Below, one piece after another: positions 35,570-49,237 of a DNA stretch of 64,000 nt. Position 1 is the first letter of the stretch. Each line of letters opens with the position of its first letter. The notes beneath the pieces were generated by a model. The model ran no database searches. It was not told where the DNA came from and worked only from the letters and a program-made list of their open reading frames with translations. The stretch comes from Nemertoderma westbladi (Eukaryota; Animalia; Xenacoelomorpha): assembly GCA_032718475.1 (NCBI GenBank), contig JAUCBJ010000090.1, positions 18,096 through 82,095 on the forward strand, read 5' to 3'. Made by a program: the position numbers and the translations under genes.

Positions 35570-36823
35570 ACGAGTGGTTATGGGTAACACCTACGCGTAG
35601 TTATGGGTAGCCCCTACGCGTAGTTATGGGTAACATCTACGCGTAGTTATGGGTAGCCCCTACGCGTAGTTATGGGTAACACCTACGCGTAGTTATGGGT
35701 AGCCCCTACGCGTAGTTATGGGTAACATCTACGCGTAGTTATGGGTAGCACCTATGCGTAGTTATGGGTAGCCCCTACGCGTAGTTATGGGTAGCACCTA
35801 CGCGTATTTATGGGTAGCACCTACGCGTGGTTATGGGTAGCACCTACGCGCAGTTATGGGTAGCCCCTACGCGTAGTTATGGGTAACACCTACGCGTAGT
35901 TATGGGTAGCACTTACGCGTAGTTATGGGTAGCACCAACGCGTGGTTATGGGTAGCACCTACGCGTAGTTATGGGTAGCCCTTACGCGTAGTTATGGGTA
36001 ACACCTACGCGTAGTTATGGGTAGCACCTTCGCGTAGTTATGGGTAGCACCAACGCGTGGTTATGGGTAGCACCTACGCGTAGTTATGGGTAACACCTAC
36101 GCGTAGTTATGGGTAGCACCTACGCGTAGTTATGGGTAGCACCTACGCGTAGTTATGGGTAACACCTACGCGTAGTTATGGGTAGCACCTACGCGTAGTT
36201 ATGGGTAGCCCCTACGCGTAGTTATGGGTAGCACCTACGCGTATTTATGGGTAGCACCTACGCGTGGTTATGGGTAGCACATACGCGTAGTTATGGGTAG
36301 CCCCTACGCGTAGTTATGGGTAACACCTACGCGTAGTTATGGGTAGCACCTACGCGTAGTTATGGGTAGCACCAACGCGTGGTTATGGGTAGCACCTACG
36401 CGTAGTTATGGGAAGCCCTTACGCGTAGTTATGGGTAACACCTACGCGTAGTTATGGGTAGCACCTTCGCGTAGTTATGGGTAGCACCAACGCGTGGTTA
36501 TGGGTAGCACCTACTAGTAGTTATGGGTAGCCCCTACGCGTAGTTATGGGTAACACCTACGCGTAGTTATGGGTAGCACCAACCCGAGGCTATGGGTAGC
36601 CCCTACGCGTAGTTATGGGTAATACCTACGCGTAGTTATGGGTAACACCTACGCGTAGTTATGGGTAGCTCCTACGCGTAGTTATGGGTAGCCGCTACGC
36701 GTAGCTATGGGTAACACCTACGCGTAGTTGTGGGTAGCACCTATGTACCCGAGGATATGGGTAGCACCTACGCGTAGTTATGGGTAGCAACTACGCGTAT
36801 TATGGGTAGCACCTACGCGTAGT
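35570..36823. repeat. 23-bp satellite CTACGCGTAGTTATGGGTAGCAC, about 54 copies
   Basis: Regular tandem units, each with the palindrome CTACGCGTAG; no unique spacers. Confidence 0.95.
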
Positions 36824-38057
36824 TTGCATACATAGGACCTGTTCAGCATAGTTACAGTATAAACGTCAGCGTTTGCGAAATAAATATTTTCTAACAAATC
36901 AGGACGAACGTAACCAAGTTTGCAATGGAGACACGTACTGCGGTAGTTAATATTTTTCGCCATAAAACCAACTTAAAAGCGTTCACATGGCCCACTAAAA
37001 TAATCTCAAATCGTACGACTTTTGCCCTAGATACGATGCGACTATGGGCAAGTCGAACTACACTATATTTATAAATGTATTTATTATTAGAGTTAGTTCA
37101 CAAATATGTCCGCTCCTGTCCCAGACGGTTGATCAGAGTAACCGAAGCTCTAGCACTGTACTGGATATTATAAGAATAACAAAGGCCTACCAGCATTTGC
37201 AACAGTAGGTGGTAAATATTAAAATTTTTATGAATTTTAAATTGAAATAATTTTTATAAATTTTAAATTTATTAAAAAAAATTTGAATTATGGACGAATA
37301 TTAATTTGTTATAAACTGTCGATAAGATTATATTTACAAAATCTCGAAAATGTTAATTTTAATTTCATAATTGGGTTATTTGGTTTTTAGTTCATATTTA
37401 GTTCCATTAATTTAGTTTATAGTTTTGGTTAGAATAATGCGCCACTGTAATATGTTCCTTTCCATTAATCAATATTTTAAAGACTATTTGGGATACTACA
37501 GTATGTTCGTCTCCATTTACATTCCTCATTCTACAATGCTCTTAGATTTTAATCTTATTATTGTACTTTGAACTTATAACTACAATACTCACTATTTACA
37601 CGCCTTTGTTGAAGTAAATAGCAATTGATATTAATTTTGCAGCGATAACGTGGCATTCCATTGGAGTATCAGGAGATTATTGTTTACGAATACCTATAAC
37701 TACTTTACACAATGTCCTGGAATCCATATTTTTCTGCAAATTACAATACAGTATAATTGATAGCTAAAAATATCAAAAATAATTTTCATGAAATTTTTTG
37801 CTAAATAGTTTGTTATTAAAAAGCATCACCCTGTGTGATATAACATCCGTTATAAATTATTTAAAAAGCGTTTTACTATTTTATTATCGCCACCTTCAAA
37901 GCAGAACCCCCTAAGTCGATTTTTGTATTTCTGAGATAATCGATAAAAACTGTTTATTTTTTAGAGAGATGCCTCAGTTTACTTGTTATTGTGTTTTTGA
38001 CAAATAAATATATATAGAATTCATATAACAAAACATTATATTTAATTTAGAATCACC

Positions 38058-38252
38058 TTTGAAATATATTGCGGTATTTTTGTAAAAATTTGGACTTATG
38101 GTGTTTTGCCAAAACAAGGGGGACACCGTTTTCTGGTATTATCCCGTAACTATACGATAGTTGCGGGGTATTGCCTAGAAAACAAGGCATCCTCAATTAG
38201 GCAAAACACCATAAGTCCGAATTTTTCCAAAAACACGCAAAATATATCAAAT
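38058..38252. mobile_element. MITE-like inverted-repeat element or remnant
   Basis: AAAAATTTGGACTTATGGTGTTTTGCC / GGCAAAACACCATAAGTCCGAATTTTT inverted arms of about 40-50 bp. Confidence 0.5.
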
Positions 38253-38496
38253 TATATCCAAGGCGTATCGTACGTCCTTAATAATTTAGTGCGTAGTGCG
38301 AACGTAATACATGTGCGCATTTGTTATTCGCTAATACGTGCTATCTAACATGTTAACTACTGTATATAGCATTTTACATTTAGTAGGCCTACTATAATAT
38401 ACATACAGTATACACAGTAAATTATATTACGGTAGTAATTTATCTGCCTCATTTCAATAATAATGTATCTTATCACTTAAAAGCAAAACAGATATT

Positions 38497-39228
38497 ATGT
38501 TGAATTTACCAGGAAACTTCTGCGTCGGATTATATACCTCCATTGTTATAATAATATTATTATCTTCTACCACTACAGCGCAATCTAAATGCAGTGTAGA
38601 TTATGATTGCTTCGGAGATGATGTATGTTGGTTCGGCCAATGTGTTGAATGTTCAACCAATTATGATTGTTTCGATGCAAATAAACCGTATTGTTATTTA
38701 CAAGAATGTATAGAATGTAGATTCAATTCTCAATGTTCCCTTGCAAGTAAACCTTATTGTTATTTACAAGAATGTGTTAAATGCAAAGATAATTATTGTG
38801 TGTCATTCTTCGGCTATTCAATAGGTGTGGCAGTTGTAATTATCATCTTGCCAATATTGTGCTGCTGCTTCATAAGTATTTTCATATATCAAAAATCTCG
38901 CCAGCGCTCCCAGCTGACTCGGATACCTGTCGGGATGGTGACGTCATCAGCTGCTGCTACTTCCGGCTACATGGGGCCTGCGGCATATCCCGGAAGTCAA
39001 CCACCCCCATACCCCGCCGGAAGTCAACCGCCCCCATACCCCACCGGAAGTCAACCAGCCCCATACCCCACCGGAAGTCAACCTGGTATAAACCGCATGG
39101 CTCCATACCCAACTCAACCGGCACCCTACCCCACTCAACCTGCACCATACCCCATTGCAAGTCAACAACCCGCACCATATCCCACCGGAAGTCAACCTGG
39201 TCCAAACCCACCTCCTTATCCTACATAA
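38497..39228 (+). CDS. Intronless type-I membrane protein: signal peptide, Cys-rich repeats, TM with juxtamembrane CCC, Pro/Tyr-rich PPPY tail (Shisa/VOPP1/WBP1-like architecture)
   Basis: N-terminal hydrophobic signal; repeated C..KPYCYLQEC.EC; TM IGVAVVIIILPILCCCFISIFIY; QPPPYP repeats. Confidence 0.75.
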   Translation: MLNLPGNFCVGLYTSIVIIILLSSTTTAQSKCSVDYDCFGDDVCWFGQCVECSTNYDCFDANKPYCYLQECIECRFNSQCSLASKPYCYLQECVKCKDNYCVSFFGYSIGVAVVIIILPILCCCFISIFIYQKSRQRSQLTRIPVGMVTSSAAATSGYMGPAAYPGSQPPPYPAGSQPPPYPTGSQPAPYPTGSQPGINRMAPYPTQPAPYPTQPAPYPIASQQPAPYPTGSQPGPNPPPYPT

Positions 39229-40363
39229 AATAAACCAGGGCCAGACGCCTCATCACCAAGTGCCCCTCCTCCAGCATGATTAACTGTAAAATTGTTTTGT
39301 TTTATATAAATTATTACAATATTAATATTACTATTAATTAAATACCAACATAATATACAATGAAATAGTAACGTTACAGTATGTATAATAATGAGTAAGC
39401 CTATTATTTACACACAAAAAAACTATATGAAATCTCTATTTTAATGAACTGGAATTACATATAATAGATATTCATGTTCAGTTTACCAGTGATTGAAGTT
39501 TAGTCATTTCGACAGATTTTTTAGTCATATTTATCATTATTATAAAAATTAGTTGTACGGTAATGAAGGTAGGACAATTCGAGAATTCCCCGTCTTACAA
39601 GTACGACTACATTACAATAAACGCAGCATCCTAGTAACCGCCTTACTGGATACCGGAAGTTCGGGATCTTTCATCGACCAAGATCTTGCAGACGAACTAT
39701 TTGATGAGAATGACTGACATCCTATGAAACTAAACCTTTCTGGTGTGATGCAAATATGGCAATTGGTTATACAAACTCGTTATTACAAGGTCTCATTGTC
39801 CGACCCAGGAGATACAAATGAGGTATGTAAGCTGGATAATATCAAGATGGTCGCTATAAAGAACTTTGCGGAAAGTCAAGCCCCTATGTATGATTGGGAT
39901 AGCAATGACTTAAAACACAACAATATACCGAGATACCGACTCGATAGACAAGGAGTTCAACTGTTTATCGTACAGAACGCCCCGGAAGCCATAGAAATTT
40001 TAGAGAAATTCCCTAGTTCTCCTCCACCATTAACAACTTATGCTGGTAGAACCAGAATAGGATGGTTCTGCACCGGTCCATCCATAAACACCTTAAACGA
40101 AAGAAGAACGACTGACAAGATATCAATGAATAACATTCATTCCGAAAATCTGTCTATCAACTACATCCATTCCCATAAGGCTAACAAGATCATGGAAGCG
40201 GAGGAATTCGTGGAGGGAGGATCCGATTTTGGTACTAAAATTTCAAAAATTTATGACTATAAGTCGAGTGACTCTAGCGATAATGACCTACCAACCTCTC
40301 GTTTCAACATGGACGATGCAACCACCATGTTAGAATATGGAGAATACACCCGTTATCTGTTAA

Positions 40364-42390
40364 CAGGCGTGGCCCCTTTAACTAGGGTTGGGACAAAGTG
40401 TACATTTTCCTAAATACAAGTATTTGCAGGGGTATATCTTAGGCAAAATTAAGTGCAGATTTCGAATTTGGGGGACTTATTGACATATGACATCATTTTA
40501 TGCCGGAACTGGGGGCATTTTGATGTGACCACTAAAATGTAAATAAATTTAAAAAAAATAAAGAAAATTCTGCAGATTTTAAGAGATATCAATGAAGAAA
40601 TAACGATAGTTGAAACGATTCATACATTTATTGCATAGGAAAATGCATTTTATTAAAGCACATATACACACATGGCCTACAATTAAACCAAAACACGTTG
40701 TGGGCCTTCGTGCAGCATGAGATGCGTTTGCATTGCCACACAAGGGACATACAGAGACAGTATATTCAAGAATCATTCCTATACAAGGCAGTTATCAACA
40801 ACTGTTCTATGTTTTCCGTTTTTTTGTATTCTGGCTTCAACACCATCTTGATTTCGGCCATGAGGTCTATTAAATTAAAGTTCTGGAATTTGTATTTCCC
40901 ATCGGTCTGCTTTACACGGCGTTTCTGTCGGATATCCGGAGCTACAGTCAAGCGTAAATATGCAATCTCAACCAGAAGTTGCTTTTCGTTCAGTTTATCC
41001 AGAAGTTCTATAGAGGAAGAAGTGACTGGCCCTTGGTGTCTTTTACAATCCTCCAAAACCAGCCGCAGTCGTTTCATCTTCTGTTGCTTGAGTTATCCTT
41101 TCTTTTTTAGTGCCAATGCCTTACTCATTTTAACTTTCATCAGGAATTCCGTTTCTACTTTTTTTGTTTTTTTCACTGCTTTGCTGCTTCTAGCCCATTT
41201 CCATTTTTTTCATTTTTCAACCTCGCTAAGTTGAATAAACTCAACTTTCTCTAGGAACTTGTTTGTTGCGACAATTGATTTACGGGAGTGAGTTTTCACT
41301 GTAGTCATCCCTCCAGAAACTTTCAGCTGATTGTCCAGAGTTGCAAAACGCGATTCACAACCCAAGTTAGTCAAAGGTGCATGACTCAATTTTTCAGTAT
41401 CCATAGTTGTCTCATCGTTAAAAAAGTAGTCTACCTGACTAAGTTGTCGATTAAAGGCATTGTTCACTTACTCAAGCACTGATCCTATTAATTGCGCCTT
41501 TCCAGTTATCTTACTCCCAAATCGTTCTCTCAGAGTTGCGAGTTTAGCTATCATATCTTTGAAAAACACCTTTGAAGCAGACCAATTACTAGACTGAGAT
41601 TTTTTGTCAATTCCCAGGAATGTCATAATAGGAAATATCACTATCTCACCGATTAATGAGTAAACTTCGACAGCACATTGAAACCAGTCGTGAAAACAGT
41701 TTTGCTATTGCAATTAAACCAAGGGTCAAAATACTGGAAGAACTATTTCTCACAATGTTTCCACATTCGATCAGTTTATCAATACCAATTCGTCGTTCAG
41801 TATCTTTCAGCACCTTTTCTATTGCATTGTCTACTCCAAGGATGACGTGAGCACAACATTTCAAAGTTTTTTCTTTCTCTACGCCCAACGTTTCCAGCAT
41901 TGTTTTACAATCACTGCCACGATCACTCATCCAAAAGTCGACATGCTCCATAATTTCTTCAACAGAACTATCTGTCAATAGGGCAAGGCATGTCAGTTTT
42001 AATTCGTATGCTTTAGCAGCATCTTCCCCTGAATGAGAGAGATTCTCGATATAACCAGTGGTATATGTTTCTCGATTAGTTGAGGGTCCAGCAATCGTAA
42101 TATAATCTGTTTTAATATTGAACACCTTGTGACCTGCGGCCTTTGTTGTATCATCAATTCCTATTGTGACAGCATCATCATCTTGTTTTCCAAGCAAATG
42201 ACGTGCAACCACTTCTAAGTTTAGATATGAAGCATCTTCAAGATAGTTTAAAATTGACCTTCGGCTAGGCAAAATGTAGGAATAATCTACACACTTTCGA
42301 TGGCGCTTCCCAACGTTATCACATTCATCATAATCGTCATCTTCACTACTATCTGACTCATTATCCTCAACATCTGGAGACATTCCCCAT
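40364..42390 (-). mobile_element. DDE DNA transposon fragment (CxxH group: hAT/MULE/P/Kolobok-like), 5'-truncated
   Basis: GIDDTT, WMSDRGS, CCAH, PLTNLGCESRFATLD motifs; removing it restores the BEL frame YL-LT-DGYS at TTAA(C). Confidence 0.75.
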
Positions 42391-45300
42391 TCTTGGTGTC
42401 TGAATAACCATCCGTTAAAGTTTAACGGATGGTTATTCAGACACCGAGGAAGACAGGGATATTTTATTACGCAAATCAATCACAGATGCGACCCTGACTG
42501 AGAAAATATCCAACTGGGTAGATCAACAAAAGATGGAAGAAAATTGCCATGATTGCACCCTATCTATTGAAGAAGAGCAAGCCATACAAATTCAAAACAC
42601 TACCACTCGTTATATCCCAGAAGAAGGTAGATACGAAACTGGATTACTGTGGCGCTCTAAATCGGTGAAGTTGACGAATAACCCTGTCCTATCTGAGAAA
42701 TGCCTTAGCCAACTAAAGAGACGTTTAACCGGCGATCATAATGCCCACAGGATGAACAAATGACTAAGACTATTAGTGAAGGGTACGCTACAGAGGTGCC
42801 ACCTGATACTCCCCACACCGATCGCACTTATTACATAACTCATCATTATGTAAAGCGGCCTGATAAACCAGACAAAGTCAGAGTAGTTTTCGACAGATCA
42901 GCCTTGTATAAAGGACAATCGTTAAACTCTCAACTGATGGCCGGCCCTAACTTATTGCGTTCACTTCCAGGGATATTAATACGATTACGGCAATTCGATG
43001 TCGCCTTTGCCTCTGATATTGAAGGTATGTTCCTGCAGGTTAAAGTCACTCAGGAGGATCAGGATAGTCTGCGTTTCCTCTGGTGGCCTGGAGGAGATTT
43101 CACTAAACCACCAAAGAGTACTGGATGACCATACAAGCCTTCGGGCTAATATCCAGCCCTTCAAATGCCTGCCATATTGTGCCCCGCATGGCAGACGACA
43201 ACAAACACCTATATGAGTCTGAAGTCATTAACAATATTAAAAGTAATATTTAGATGGACGACAACTTACATTCAGTCCCTACCATACCTACAAGAAGCCG
43301 TGTCCATTGCGAAGGGAACAGTCGACTGCTTGAAGAAAGGTGGCTTCCGCTTAACCAAGTTCACCAGCAACTCCCGGGAATTCCTGTCAACTATACCCGA
43401 GACGGAAAGGGGCAGCCACGACTTAGACCTAAGTAAAGATGACTTTCCGGCAACTAAAACCCTCAGCCTCAGATGGGATACGCAACTGGACGAAATGTTT
43501 TATAAGGTCCAGATTAGGCCTCCAGGTGTACGCACTAAGCGTATTTGTCTTAGCATATTAAGTACAATGTTCGACCCTATAGATTTTATAAGTCCTGTAA
43601 TTCTGGAAGCTAGGCAGAAAGTAAAAACCATGTGGGACCAGAATCTTACATGGGACGAACACCTGGCAGAAGATTTATTAATTAACTGGTCCAGGTGGGA
43701 AAATGCCTTACCTGATATTGAAAACTTTCGGGTGCCCTGAGCTTACATCCCCAATGCTTTACCATCACACACATACCAATTACATGTATTTGGAGATGCA
43801 AGTGACAAGGGCATTGGCATCATAGCTTACTATAGGGCTACCACGAAGACACTCGGGTATCCCTCGTTGCGTCCAAATCTTTGATTAAGAGTAAGGACTT
43901 GACTGTCCCAAGAGCCGAACTAAAGGCCGCGTTATTCGCGACTATTGTCGCCAAAAATATACTGGACGAGACCGACTTCATAATTTCAAGGACAGTTTTA
44001 TGGACAGACGCAGCCATAGTGCTGGAATATTTAACTAACACCGTTTGCGGTTTTAGTGTATACATCATAAACCGAGTATCTATAATACTCAACCACACTA
44101 AATTAGAACAATGGAGGTACATTCCCAGACCTCAAAACCCCGCGGACATACCTTCACGTGGTGCAACCCCTAACGACCTGATAAACTCTAAGTGTTGGTT
44201 GAATGGACCCGATTTCCTTTCCCAACCAGAGGACCAATGGCCTGCTCATATTACTCCCGAGGAAATGAGACAGGTTAAGAGTTTGGAAATCGTTAAACCT
44301 AAAACCAGGCCATCCAAGTCCAAGCTATTCAAACCCATCGATATAGCGACCAACAATTATGTAAACAAACTAGACAGTCAAAATTCAGACCCTCTTGCAA
44401 GTACTCAACACAGGGCTGAAGCTGTCCCAGACAACCCCAAAATATCCACAGGTCAGTCAGACTTGCCCAACGTGGATATCGGTCTATCCCCACTAATAGC
44501 CCAAGCCATAAATCATTATAGCTCGTGGGATAAGATATGTAGGGCTATAACTATACTAAAACAACTTTTCAACTATAGGTACAGTACTAATAGCGTACCT
44601 GTGATAGGCTTAACACATAATGGAGTGGATAAATCCAACCTACAATTATTGAGAATTTCACAAAGGCTGGAGAAACCTGAGAAATATAATCAGGTCAGCA
44701 TCGATCCCTTGACTCCACTGGCTGATAAATTCTCCAGCATTATGATAAATGGGTTAATTTGAGTTGGAGGACGCCTCACTAACGCTCCCATCTCCAGGGA
44801 TACTATGTTCCCCATATTAATATTTGATCCCGAGATTCAAACCAAGTTGATTGGGATGTTCATTACCGACTCTATCACACCGGGAGAGAACACATATTAA
44901 GCGAGATTAGAATGCGTTATCTTGTTCACCATTGTGCGGCCCTCAACCAGATGCTACGAAACTGTATACGTTGCAAAAGGATTTATAGCAAACCAATGAC
45001 GCAACTGGAAGTGGTGCTCCCGAAGGAAAGAGTTGACTGTTATCAGCCCCCATTCACCCACACTGGTGTGGATCTCTTCGGCCCCTTTGAAGTTAAGCGT
45101 GCCCGCTCGATAGTAAAACGGTGGTGCGTCATCTTCGTTTGCATGACTTTTTGAGCAGTCTACCTGGATATGGTTAACGACATGTCGATGAAAAGCTTTA
45201 TCCTTTGCCTCCGGAGACAGATCGGTAGATTTAGCACTAGCTGGACCATGAGGTCCAACCAAGGGACTAACTTCATAGGCGCCAACAAAGAAATCTCCAA

Positions 45301-46996
45301 ATTCATTACAGATTGGAACGATCACCAGCTCGAAGAACATCTTAAAGTGTCGGCATCCACATGGACATTCAATGCCGTCGACGTGCCCTGGTGGGGCGGA
45401 AGGTGGGATTAAAAGCACAAAGGTCGCGTTCCATCACATCATCCCATGTAAGGCTTATTTAACCGACGAACTACTCAGAACTATTTTGGAGGAGATATCA
45501 AGTTACTTGAATGATAGACCCCTCTTACCTAATTCATCGAATCCACAAGCCATGGAACCCCTCACACTGTCCCATTTCCTACTAAGAAAACCCGTAACAA
45601 TGCTGCCCTAATCCGATCCACAGGATGGTAATGAACTGTTGAGACTTACTTGCCATATGATGCAACTACTATCTCAGCGATTCGCTACACATTTCGAAAG
45701 ATACTATTTACCTTCAGTCCAGCTCAGGATCAAATGGTTTTCCAAGAAGGAAAATGTATCAGTTGGCGATATAGTACTTTTAGTGGATCCGGACCAACCT
45801 AGAAAGAACTGGGAAATGGGCTGTATAACAGAAATTGATACAGGTAACAATGACTTGGTACACTCAGTTGAACTGGCTATTTGGAGAGCTACACCCAAAC
45901 CCAAAGTACACTATTTCAATCCACCAATCGGACACCTTTGTTTACTAGAATTGGCAAGGGAGCGTTCAGGTAACTACAGGCAACAAAGGGTTAGACCGAG
46001 CAGTCTGACATACAAACTGGAGTAACGTCTTATAAAGGGTTACGATTGAGTGTGCAATTATTTATTAGCCATTTTATACAGTATTACGGTATTAGTATTT
46101 GACTATGAGTTGCACGTAGCAACAAAACCTACCTATGTTAATTATATGTTGTATATGATAGCTACATATGCAACAATTTAATTTAACAGTAAATTATTTG
46201 ACTTAAACTTAAATAATTCAAAATAAATGACTAATTACTAATGGTAATACTCAATCATGGAAGCAGATTTGTATGACATTATGAGCATAGAAATATGCGA
46301 TTTTCAAAAAATTTTCAAAAATTTATATTAAACACAAATCATTAAACACAAGTTAATAACCACAATTAAATTTAATATCGCCATAAATGCCCAAATAACT
46401 ATTACAGTAGTTACTAGTGTGAAATAAGTGTGAGAGGTGAGCATTCTAATCCCTATTTACCAACATGTCACGGAATAATTAATTAAATAACAACGAAACA
46501 ACGTGTTTCCCAGGAAACACAGATAGAACTCGTACAACTGTGAATGCAACCGCATTAGTACAGCTTGTATGGGAAAAGCAAAATTGTTATCATGGATACA
46601 CAAAACGGTGATATTCTGGTAAATGTGAAAAGTTAAGCATTTTTGAACCATATTTTGACCGAATGTTGAACAAAAGTGCACAAATAAGCACCAAATTAAG
46701 CTAAATAGTGTGAAATACCAACAAATAGTGTGAAATTTTAAGGTTTATGCAATTGTCCAACCCTTCATAGATGCTAGAGTTATAGTAGATCAGTGATGGC
46801 TCCGGGTCAGTCCCCCGTCTCCCTGGCTTGATAAGAGTTTAGCATATAGCCACGATATTTCGGTACCGCTGGTAGTTGCAAACTCGATTCTTGCCTCTAG
46901 GGATTGACCAGGGACTGCGTCGCGGCGTGTCTCGGCGCCTTTGGGGAGGTGACGCTCGCCTACCCCCTATATACATTCTTCTACTCAAACTCGCAC

Positions 46997-49237
46997 ATGT
47001 CTCGATACACGAAGACACCCCACTCCATCAAGCGACGTTCTCGGGAACAGCACACGGAGATGATGGATACAATGATGGATGATTTCACCAGCGAATCCAC
47101 CGAGCTCGCTCAAAGCATGGAACCACTTATGGATCCTTCAGGTAACTACATCGAACCGCCGATGAACCCCGAACAGCGCAACATCGAACAACAATATCGT
47201 GAGTTCATTCTCAAATATACCGAACGCAATGGAAGTTATAACAGCTTCCCCACCACTGGTCACCCCACGGACTTACGGGATATCGATGACCAGTATGTTG
47301 AATGGGACATGAAGATGTTCAAATTATACGTTGAATGTCAACGTAGTAACGAGACCCAAACACAATACGACTATTAGACTCGTGTTGGCATCACGGACGA
47401 TGACACCGAGAATCCTTCTCATCTCTCCCGCTTCGAGGGCTATGTCACCTTTCTCCGCGAAACGTATCTAAAGGTCGCAAATCAACAGGATTTACAAACT
47501 CTATACCCCAAGGGCGTTCATCCTAACCCGGCTAAGGAGATCAAATGACTCTATCACACCATGATGTACCTTACTGAGGGTCGCCTGCTCCTGGTCCTCC
47601 ATGATGCCTTCTACGACATGGAGGAATACAGTAAGTCAGGTGTAAAGTCTCCACACCCGAGTAAAACTGACTTCCGTCTCTGGTACTTGTGCAGTCAATG
47701 CCCACATCCCAACCAACAGGTCTCCACCATACCTGCGAATTACCTCCATCGATGATGCCCCCGCCATAGCTTTGTCAAGTATACGTACGGTGGGTTTGAG
47801 GAGAATCGATTTAGCATCAATGAGAAATGGTTATGTAACTTGCAGAGGATGCGTAAACCCATGATCCGCATCCCTGAGTTTTCCCCGGACCCGATGTTGC
47901 CAATGGTGAAACCCATGACGATATATCCAACCAACCCCCGCTTCTCCAAGGTCATGTATCTGTATTTCTGAATCCTTGTCATGGAGGAACAGACAGCTTC
48001 CCATTACCAGGAGGAAGAGCCTATGCCTCTCCAACCCTCCATGGTCGGTATCGGTCGCGGCAGTTTGCTGCAGCGCAAGGAATCTATGTGGAATTCCCCT
48101 CTCACCTTCGCCGGGACCTCCATGGTCAATCGTAACTACTTCGTTACCGAGTTCCTTAGCTCCCTTCGAAACTCTATCGGCATAGATGACCCTATTAAAC
48201 ATTCCGGCAAGCTTGATGTCGTCCGTTGGATGAGACTGCCGGAATTTGAATCCGAAGTCTGCATCCTACAAGAGGAAATCGAACGAGGAAAGGCTATCTC
48301 CCTTGCGAAAGCCAACGTCTTTGCGAAGAAGAGGAATGAATAGAGTATGAACGTTTAAACGACGAGCGCGAGCTAGCTTCTTTGGTCCAACCCGCGGTCC
48401 AGACTCTTATGGAAGGGTTCCAAAGTAAAGCGCAGGCTCACCCGTCTGGGTCTGTAAAGCGTTTCTGTATTGCTTACAGTCAAACCCAAACGATACCTTT
48501 CGACACCGACATCTCTAACCCCAACCTAGTCGCAGACGCTCCGATGTTGGAAACCCACATTGTAGAGCACCTTCTCAACGAAACAGACGAGTGGATCATC
48601 ACTCCCCTTGGTCAAACTGACCAAATCAAGTCACTATTCCGGGACAAAAACCTAGAAAGACGTCCTCTCCATCCATCATTCTATGGAATTCAGGAGCATC
48701 CGTATTTCGTTCTGCTCGGTCAGGAATTTTTGTAATGAAACCCGAGGATCCCTCCTGCAGTATGGATTTTCTAACCTTTGTTAATCCCCTCGATGTCACG
48801 GAAATCGAACCCTGCAGAAACACTTAGATCACATAATCAAACTGAACACCTTTCGCAAACCCTTTAACATACAAACTATCGAGGATAAACCCGCGCCCCC
48901 TCGGAATCTCGCTAATTTCATTAGTAATTGATTGATTCACTGGAACATCGACGTACGGTTCCTGGAAGATAAACTCTCTACCACGTTGAAAGTAAAATCA
49001 GTCATAGAGAATGTCCAAAGCTACAAATTGGTAGTTATTGCCCGAGGCTCCATTGGATCCCTCGATAGCTTATGGACACCGGTTGAAGTGGACGAAACTG
49101 TCGCGTATCTCGAGTTCAACAACACTTTTGAGATTATCCAGCAGTATGGCATCATGCTATATGACAATGAAGGTTCCGTATCGAATGATGAACTCGGTAC
49201 TACCCGATTAATACATATACGTGGTGTAACCAGATGA
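46997..49237 (+). pseudogene. Accessory ORF of the second BEL element, ending in the start of a DEDDy-like domain (MLYDNEG)
   Basis: Chain of mostly in-frame ORF pieces 46904-48343, then 48382-48735 and 48932-49237; truncated by the adjacent DNA transposon. Confidence 0.55.

Larger units (their letters stand above)
39575..49237 (+). mobile_element. Second BEL/Pao element, decayed (protease, RT, RH, IN plus long downstream accessory ORF); no LTRs found
   Basis: ALLDTGS at about 39640; DIEGMFLQV; DAS, VPRAEL, WTDA; GVDLFGPF, SNQGTNF, LNDRPL; interrupted at 40364-42421. Confidence 0.88.

Noticed and set aside
35570-36823. CRISPR-like array with palindromic repeats
   Set aside because: Head-to-tail units with no unique spacers, no cas genes, eukaryotic context
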